Assembly (NCBI GenBank): GCA_025594325.1
Contig: JANHCV010000008.1
Coordinates: 868,001-932,000, forward strand
DNA from: Blastocladiella emersonii ATCC 22665
Taxonomy: Eukaryota > Fungi > Blastocladiomycota
DNA: 64,000 nucleotides
Reading direction: 5' to 3'
This document shows, one piece after another, positions 56,769 through 64,000 of the stretch; position 1 is the first letter of the stretch, and each line of letters opens with the position of its first letter. The notes below the pieces were generated by a model. It was not told the origin of the DNA. It ran no database searches and worked only from the letters and a program-made list of their open reading frames with translations. A program made the translations under genes and the position numbers.

Positions 56769-59365
56769 ATGGCGTCGCACCAACCCGCGCCCAGCCCGTT
56801 GTCTGGCTCGGCGCCCGCCAAGCCGCCACTCAACATGACGGCGGACGAGATCCAGATGATCATGCAGTTCCGGCAGCAGCGGTCCATGCCGCAGTATCAG
56901 CAGCAGCAGCATCATCATCCTCATCATCATCAGCAGCAGCAGCACCAGCAGCAGTTCCCGTTCCCGCCGCCGGACCCAACCTCGTTTGCGCAGGCTGCCC
57001 CTCTCCCCATCGTGTCTCTTCCCGCCGCCACCGCGCGTACCCCCGCCACGGACCGGTTGATGACGTTCGCCCCTGCTCCCGACCCCTCCTTGCCCTTTTT
57101 CCTCAGCTCCACCACTCGCGCGCCGCCCGCCTGCTCGCCTGCTGCCGCCGCCGCTGTTGCTGCCTCTCCGGCGGTGGCAGCAACGGCCCCACAGCCCAAC
57201 GACGGCAGCAAGCCTCCGCGCAAGTGGCGGCGCCGCTTGAAGCACAACCCATTTGCCTGCGGGCCCGTCTTGCCCGCCGCTCCTCCCTCCTCTGCGCCCT
57301 TGACTGTTCCGCCATCTGCGCCCGTCGCTAGTCTCGCCCCTCTCGCCCCGCTCACCCCTCTCGCCCCGCTCACCCCTTTCACACCATCATTGGCGCCCGC
57401 AGTCGCACCCACCAACGGGTGGGCACAGCTTCGATTGCGTACAATTGATGGCACCATGATCGCCAAGGTCTACTCGGCCTTCGTCACGCCGTACATGACC
57501 CGCTTCGACCTGTCGGATCTTGAGAACGAGTGGCCAAGCGCCCATGTACGGTCCACGGCCAACCGCGAGTTGCGCCGGGTGCACTGACTCTGCTGCCTGC
57601 CTGTGTATAGCTTGAGTTCGCCAACCTGAAGGACGAGTTCGCCTGTGCTCGCTCCAACCTCTTCACGCTGGTCCTCAAGTTCATCAGGCAGAAGCTGGTC
57701 AACAACGCCTCGATCGCCTCGGGGACCTGGGACACGGCGCACGCCGCCTTCAAGGCCGGCAACATGGGCGTCCTCAAGCCTGCGTGGACCAACAACGTGC
57801 TCTTTGACGCGGCCGGCAACCCAAACACGATCCTTGAGGTGCTGCTCGACAGCGTCCTCCTGTTGTCCGTGAACTGTACGTTGCGTGCGTCTGCCCATCC
57901 CTCGACACAACTTGTACCCCTCATTCGCCCCTCCCCTCCCCCTCCAACCTTGCCCTCATAGCGAATGTATCCTTTGGATCCATCGCTGTGCTGGTGCTGC
58001 AGGAACTGGACGGGGCCGTGCTCAAGGTCAACCGCGCCCAATGCTTCCTCGCTCTACTTCTCGCTGTGATACGTTGCGCCTCCGCCGTCACCGCCGCTTT
58101 CTTTCTGCGGCCTGCTCACCCCCGCGCGCGCGCGCTGCCTAGCTGGGCTCGGCCCTGTCGCCCGCGAAGGGGTGGGGTGACTTCCGCAACCAGTCGGACC
58201 GGCAATCCAACCTCACCAAGCTCCGCAAGGTCGTGGCGGAACCCAACTTTACCAAGAAGGTGACCGGCTTCTCGGTGCTGTTCCGCGAGACGTGTGCCCA
58301 ACGTGGGTACAGTACGGGCTTTGCGTGGTTCACTGCCCCGCCGCCGAGCACTGCCACGCCCGCGTCCGGCCTTGCCATCGCCGGGGCACCAGCAGCGGCC
58401 TCGGCCTCGTCATCGGTACCCGCCGGCGCCATGCCCTTCTCCAACTCGGGCTACGCGGTCGAGATGCCGTTGGGCAACACGTCATCAATGCTCATCAACC
58501 CCGGCAACCCGGCGTCGCCTCTTCACCTCGCTGCCCACAACGGCCTCGACCCCGGTATCTTCGAGCTGCTTGCGCGCAGCGGCAACGGTAGCGGCTCGGC
58601 CTCGCTCACCATGTCGGCCTTGACCTCGGCCGCAGTCCCGCTTGCCACCAGCGCGCCCTCGCTCGTGCCTGTCGAGACTACGACCGCGCCCTTCCCCTCG
58701 TCCCCGCTCCCTCGTGCCGACGCTGACGCCAACAACGATGACAAGGGCGACGAGAGCGACGCCAGTCCCCTTCGTCGTCCACGTTCGCTGACCCCGCCAC
58801 CACCTCGGCCACCACCACCTCCGCCACTGCAGCAGCGGCCTTGTCGTATGCTCCCTTCCCTTCGCTGCTGTCTCCGCGTCCGGGTGACCAACGCTGACGC
58901 TCATGCCATCGCCCCCACCTCCCAGCCCATCGCTCCGCTGCTGCAGGTGTTGGTGCCAGTGCGACACCGACCAGCGGGTCCGTGGTCGAGCCCCAAGTCG
59001 GCGCAGCACACGGGCTCACCTCGCCGGCCGCGGCCATCGATGCTGCGGCTGCTGCTCAAGATCCAGCGGGCGTGGTCGACGGCGAGACTGAGGCCAAGCT
59101 GCGCCAGTCGGCGGCGTCCGAGGGTGGCGTCATTGAGGACAACGAGCGCGCCAAGGACAACGAGTCGGCGTGGACCGATGCCCAAGTCACGCAGGAGACG
59201 GACCCGACCAACAACGTCGAGAACGCGCCACCCGCGCCTCCCACAACGCCTGCGACCTGGGCCAAGTCGACGCGCGTGCGCAAGCCCAGCGCCAAGCGCG
59301 CGGCGACGCTCGCGGCGTTCGCCATCTCGGTGCCTCGCAGAACGAAGACCAAGGCCAAGAAGTAG
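56769..59365 (+). CDS. Second, divergently transcribed spliced gene of the element (unknown function)
   Basis: MASHQPAP; poly-Q/H tract; WAQLRLRTIDG...; intron-separated blocks LEFANLKDEF... and VVAEPNFTKKVTGF; basic tail RKPSAKR...KTKAKK. Confidence 0.6.
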
Positions 59366-60065
59366 GCCAAGGGCGCGCGCGCGCGCACGCGCTGTTGCAC
59401 CGTGGGGGGGGGGGGGGGGCGGGCGAGCGGGCAGGCCGGCCGGCCGGCCGCCCAAGCGTGTTCCGATATGATGATATTGTATATATATATACCCGAATGC
59501 TGCGGATGACTCCCCGACTGGGTCAGGATCTGAGCGCGATATGGCCTGGATCCGGCGACGATACGGCCAGGATCTGAGCGTGACATGGCCCGGATCCGGC
59601 GACGATACGGCCAGGATCTGACTGCGACGTGTGCCCGGATCCGGCCACGATGCGAGCGGGATAGTGACACGATCGGTGCGCACTTCGCGGCGGCATCACG
59701 GCAGCCTCTGTCCCGGACCTGGGCGAGATCAGGGCAGGATCACGGCACGATCAGGGCCGGATCTGGGCCGGATACCGCCCCAACGCTGCCCAGACGCTGC
59801 CCCGACCCCGCTCGCGCCGCCCGCGCGGCGTCTGAGCCAGATCCGGTCCGCGTCAGGATAATATCACAGATCCGGCCCAGATGCTGCTTTCTGGCCGCGA
59901 TCCGGCCGCGATCGGGCCCCGAACCGCTGCTGCAGGTTTTGCGATGGACTTTTCGCAAGGTCACTATTGAACCTGCCCGTCCCGACTTGGATCAAGTTCC
60001 CAATTGGGCGGCAGTGGTCCAGCCACCTCAACCACCCCATTCGGGTCAGCCAGAAATGTACGATG

Positions 60066-60659
60066 GTGCAGTCTCTCATCTTCGACCCATGCATTACTCT
60101 CGAGTCATTGGCTGCCTCGTTTGCCGGCGGCGCCGCCCCGCTCCAATCGCCCTCCCCACCTGCGAAAAGAAACGCGAAGGAGTGCGCGTTTTGCAAGAGG
60201 GTGGTGTGGCTTCGCAAAGCGTTCACATCACACTTGACGGACGCATGTCGGCACATCAGCACCATCCGTCTGCACGCGCGCGTTGTCGCGGACGCGGTCA
60301 AGAGTGCTGCGCTTACGATCCCGAAATTATCGGGCTCCCCGCACACCCAAGCCGAGCCGCTCACGGCGCTCATGTTGCAGCAGCTGCGTGAAGCGCCGCT
60401 CCCAGACGGCGCGCTGGATTGGGCCGGTTCCACCATCTCCAAAGCGTGCAGTCTGCTCTTTGCACTGATCTCGCTCGCGTACGAGCTTGGAAACGGTGCA
60501 ATGCGGGACCTGTGGAAGCTCGTCGAGTTGATTAGCGGGACGAGTAGCTGTTTTGATTCCCGAAAGGGGCCCAAAAAGAACGTTGATGTTTTTTTTGATG
60601 TGGTTCCAAAGTGTTGCAATTCCGACATTAGTAAGCTGAGGCGGCCCGCTGACTGCTAG
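60066..60659 (+). pseudogene. Gag-derived member 16, 3' part
   Basis: VQSLIFDPCITLESLAASF...CAFC-x12-H-x4-C...MRDLWKLVE. Confidence 0.85.
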
Positions 60660-60840
60660 TACAGCACACAACCCAGTTGCGCACGAGACTAGAGATGTGC
60701 CGAGCGGTCGCGTTGCGCCACACACGTGAGCGATGGGGGCAGTTTTCCCGAAGCGGCCAACGGTTCGGCTCGCGGCTTGCGCGTCACATCTCACGCTGCT
60801 CCCTACTCGTGTGCGCGTCTGACCGCACGCATGTCACTTT

Positions 60841-61863
60841 ATGCAACTTAGAATGCGAGCTCAATGCAATCTGCCGGTCGAACGTTCCTCATCCTTGGGC
60901 CACGGCCAGAACCTGCCCCTTGTCGCGCCGCGCGACCTCGCAGCGATGCCGCCGCCACAGGACCAGTCGCTTGAGGCGCAAATCCTCAACTCGATGAATC
61001 TTCGCTTGCACCAGGTCCATTCGGTGCTTCACCATCGTATTGCATGCTTCGCTGAAACCCACACTGAGTGGAACGTGCGTCGCGGCGATTCTGATCCGCC
61101 ACTCTGCCACCTAGCAGATCTCTATCCAGCCGATGGGGCACGCCGGCTTCTACTCTCGTACAGCCCGGCACCCTTGTCGACTCTTGCACTGGCCGAATGT
61201 CCCGCACCTCGTTTGCCACCTGCTGGCTCGAGCGGACCCAGCTCCCGCGACGACGCGTACGAGCTGATTGACACATCCGGTCATTCTCTCTTCTACCAAG
61301 TCTCTGCCCGCGTACCCAGCCTTCGCACCACCGGTCAGCAGCGCGTTCCAGTCGTTTCAGACCCGCGCGACTTCCTCGCCGCCCTGCGTGGGGTCGCGCC
61401 GCACGAATCGCTCTCGCGCCTTCTCATTGCGGCACGGACCAAGGTGACGTGGATGCAGTTCTGCACCTATGCCGTTTTCCTGCGCAAGTCGACGCCCGAC
61501 CGCGAGGCCGAGCACCTCTTCATTAGCGTTGTCGAAAACACGTGGCGGCCCGCTTGGACGGCACGCTGGAGCAAGCTTCGGCTCAGATCGCGCTCAGCCA
61601 AGGACATGGATCGGTTCTACAAGGCGTTCTGCGCGCTAGTTGGCGAAGCGGTCGGGCTCACGCACGAAATGATGCACGAGGAGCACGTGAAGCGCGTGTT
61701 CAATATCACCGTGTCCCGGTCCGTGGGATAGAGCCCCATTACCGTCCAGAACCTCATTCCGGACCCGAGGGCGACGCTTCTCGACGTCTGCAACGATTAC
61801 ATTTGGCTTGCCAAGCCCGGACCAAGTACAACCAAGCATGCTCGAATGCGGCTGTTGAGATGA
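60841..61863 (+). pseudogene. Gag-derived member 17; TAG at the conserved Trp (sister of member 12)
   Basis: ILNSMNLRLHQVHSVLHHR; core; SVG*SPITVQNLIPDPRATLLDV continues in frame to a stop at 61863. Confidence 0.8.
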
Positions 61864-62088
61864 GCGGGCTTGTGTGTGCGACTGTTGCTTCAATACACCA
61901 CGTTTGCTCGTCTGTTGTGCGCGTGGATCAGAGAGCCTGGCCTGCCTGGGTGCCGGCTTCGGCGGCCACGCGCCGTCCACCTCCCTGCGACCTCACGTGA
62001 GGAGGCGCGCAAGCCGAACTCACGACGGCGCGTCAGGCCGACCTGACCCCACTCTCCCCTCGGACCGTGCCCCCTGGCAGCTATACCA

Positions 62089-63318
62089 ATGAAGACTCCA
62101 TGCAACTTGAATGAAAATCGGTTACCGACACACGGTGACCTTGTCCGCGTTCCGGGCCTCCCACTTGCCGCGGCCGCCGAGCGAGACGCTGGGTGCTGCG
62201 AGGACCAGCAAAAGAGACTTTTGCGCGTCATGGAGCTGCGTCTTCAGGTTATAAGAACCACTCTTGCTATTAGACTTGATCGATCTCCCGCTCCGTCACA
62301 TTCGGCGACCGCTGCCGCCGCTGAAATCGGATCACTATTGTCTCAGCTCGCGAGTTTGACGGAGCCGCAACAGATTGTTGCTCGTTCCTTCAACGAGCCC
62401 GCTCCTGTCCTGGCTCCCGCCGGCTCGGACACGCCTCGTCTCGACCCGGCGCATGGTCATTGCAAACCCGAGCCCGAGTTTGGAGCAGCTCGTTCTCAAG
62501 GCCCAGCTCATACAGGTCCGACCACGACTTACTCAACAGGGACCTTGAACTCGCCCAGCAGCCGTACCTCCCTTTGTTCCTTCGACGACCACCTTCGCTT
62601 CAGACTCAAGGAGTCTGGCCCCAACGTGCCGCTCACGGTCTTGCTGGCGCATGCTTACCCAAACGTCCACCGTGCCCTGTATCGCAGGTATGCTGTCTTC
62701 TTGCGCATGACAGCAACCGACGACGAGGCGAAACAAATCTTCCTCGACGCTCTCAAGCCAATTGACGATCAGCTGTCGTGGATTAACCGCTGGCTCCGCA
62801 TGAAGCCCCGGCCGAGCACTACCGTCGCCAAAGTCTTCTCGACCTATATCCTTGTCCTCCGCGAGCAGATTGTGACTGACGCCATCTTTCAAAGGTTGTG
62901 GCACATGAAAAAGCTCTTTGCCGACAAGTTGTTCATGTCGCTCGGGTACATCCCGAAGACGTCGCTGGAGATGATCGCCGCGCCTGATTTGACTTTGTCT
63001 GAGATGGCCGCCGCACTTGGCAACGTTGTGTTCCCGGCGGTTCACTTGTCCGCACCGATGCGAGGCAGCGATGCGGTAACCCGCGGCGGCGACAGTATCG
63101 CCTGCATGTACTGCCGGCAGCTTTGCCAAGCAGTTAATATTGTCCGCTCTCACTCCACGCGCGAGTGCCAGGCACTACAGGACACTTGCTCCGTCGCCAC
63201 TGCAATCGTGAGCGCCGCGCGAAACATGGCCGTTCCAAGCCCTCCGCATTGCGCGGCCGCTTCGCTGAACCATGTCTTCCTCGCTACTGCGAAACAATGG
63301 GTCGTCGACGTGACCCGA
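62089..63318 (+). pseudogene. Gag-derived member 18, tail interrupted by a transposon
   Basis: MKTPCN; LLRVMELRLQVIR; core; CMYC-x12-H-x4-C; the TIR starts at 63319 inside the tail. Confidence 0.85.
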
Positions 63319-64000
63319 CATCGCAAAACCTGCAGCAGCGGTTCGGGGCCCGATCGCGGCCGGATCGCGGCCAGAAAGCAGCATCTGGGCCGGATCTGTG
63401 ATATTATCCTGACGCGGACCGGATCTGGCTCAGACGCCGCGCGGGCGGCGCGAGCGGGGTCGGGGCAGCGTCTGGGCAGCGTTGGGGCGGTATCCGGCCC
63501 AGATCCGGCCCTGATCGTGCCGTGATCCTGCCCTGATCTCGCCCAGGTCCGGGACAGAGGCTGCCGTGATGCCGCCGCGAAGTGCGCACCGATCGTGTCA
63601 CTATCCCGCTCGCATCGTGGCCGGATCCGGGCACACGTCGCAGTCAGATCCTGGCCGTATCGTCGCCGGATCCGGGCCATGTCACGCTCAGATCCTGGCC
63701 GTATCGTCGCCGGATCCAGGCCATATCGCGCTCAGATCCTGACCCAGTCGGGGAGTCATCCGCAGCATTCGGGTATATATATATACAATATCATCATATC
63801 GGAACACGCTTGGGCGGCCGGCCGGCCGGCCTGCCCGCTCGCCCGCCCCCCCCCCCCCCCCCACGGTGCAACAGCGCGTGCGCGCGCGCGCGCCCTTGGC
63901 CTACTTCTTGGCCTTGGTCTTCGTTCTGCGAGGCACCGAGATGGCGAACGCCGCGAGCGTCGCCGCGCGCTTGGCGCTGGGCTTGCGCACGCGCGTCGAC
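63319..64000. mobile_element. Inverted second copy of the Plavaka-like element (runs off the window)
   Basis: Reverse complement of about 59266-59946; appears identical by eye except G16 versus C17. Confidence 0.95.

Larger units (their letters stand above)
52713..59946. mobile_element. Plavaka/CACTA-like DNA transposon (7.2 kb)
   Basis: Perfect 19-bp TIR catcgcaaaacctgcagca; dense GATCCGG/CCAGATC subterminal repeats; transposase-like motifs; flanks ca / ga are not a perfect TSD. Confidence 0.85.
49204..60065. mobile_element. Outer CATCG...CGATG element (CACTA/Plavaka-like) with a nested element
   Basis: Termini catcgt / acgatg; 2-bp TSD GT at 49202-03 and 60066-67; CCCGA(TTGG) subterminal repeats at both ends; removal restores the host frame (PGPV-QSLIFDP). 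Confidence 0.8.

Noticed and set aside
59947-60065. ORF 59967 N-terminus as part of the Gag-like gene
   Set aside because: It lies inside the outer element's right end; the gene resumes only after CGATG at 60065.
59585-60391. 268-aa ORF across the transposon ends
   Set aside because: A chimeric frame through two transposon termini and an alternative frame of the Gag fragment.
8284-61731. TAG reassigned to a sense codon
   Set aside because: Intact genes end at TAG at positions matching their paralogs (1637, 17423, 44302). Internal TAGs replace both probable Gln and Trp, as expected from mutation.
3-63318. Array genes as gag-only LTR elements (TRIM/LARD)
   Set aside because: No LTR pairs, PBS/PPT or TSDs were seen around members; the short spacers share only small motifs.
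1-64000. tRNA or rRNA genes
   Set aside because: None recognised by eye; tRNAscan-SE or Infernal would be needed to exclude them.

Overview
GC-rich eukaryotic DNA with short GT-AG introns. It is probably a zoosporic fungus (Blastocladiomycota-like), inferred only from an ankyrin-like/LRR gene. The window is dominated by about 18 intronless paralogs of one unannotated family (17 on +, 1 on -). They share an LLxxMxLRxQLIR N-terminal helix, a helical core (DP..FL..LR..AP...LA..L......VP..LY..YA.FLR....D.EA...FL.A..P.W...W..RWL ... K..F..KL), R/S- or P/S-rich linkers, and a C-x2-C-x(12-25)-H-x4-C knuckle followed by a helical tail. By eye, the core, the knuckle and the tail align with the Gag region of a chromodomain Ty3/Gypsy element inserted in one array member. 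The best reading is a tandem array of domesticated, LTR-less Gag genes. Many members carry a shared TCACRTGA E-box upstream and an ATGYAAC motif at the 5' end. Nested transposons disrupt several members: the Gypsy (24850-36941), a cargo-carrying DD35E Tc1/IS630 element inside the Gypsy 5' LTR (31226-36809), a CATCG-ended element (49204-60065) containing a Plavaka/CACTA-like element (52713-59946), and an inverted twin of the latter from 63319. The transposons show CpG transition decay. All homology calls are manual motif alignments; no database searches were run.
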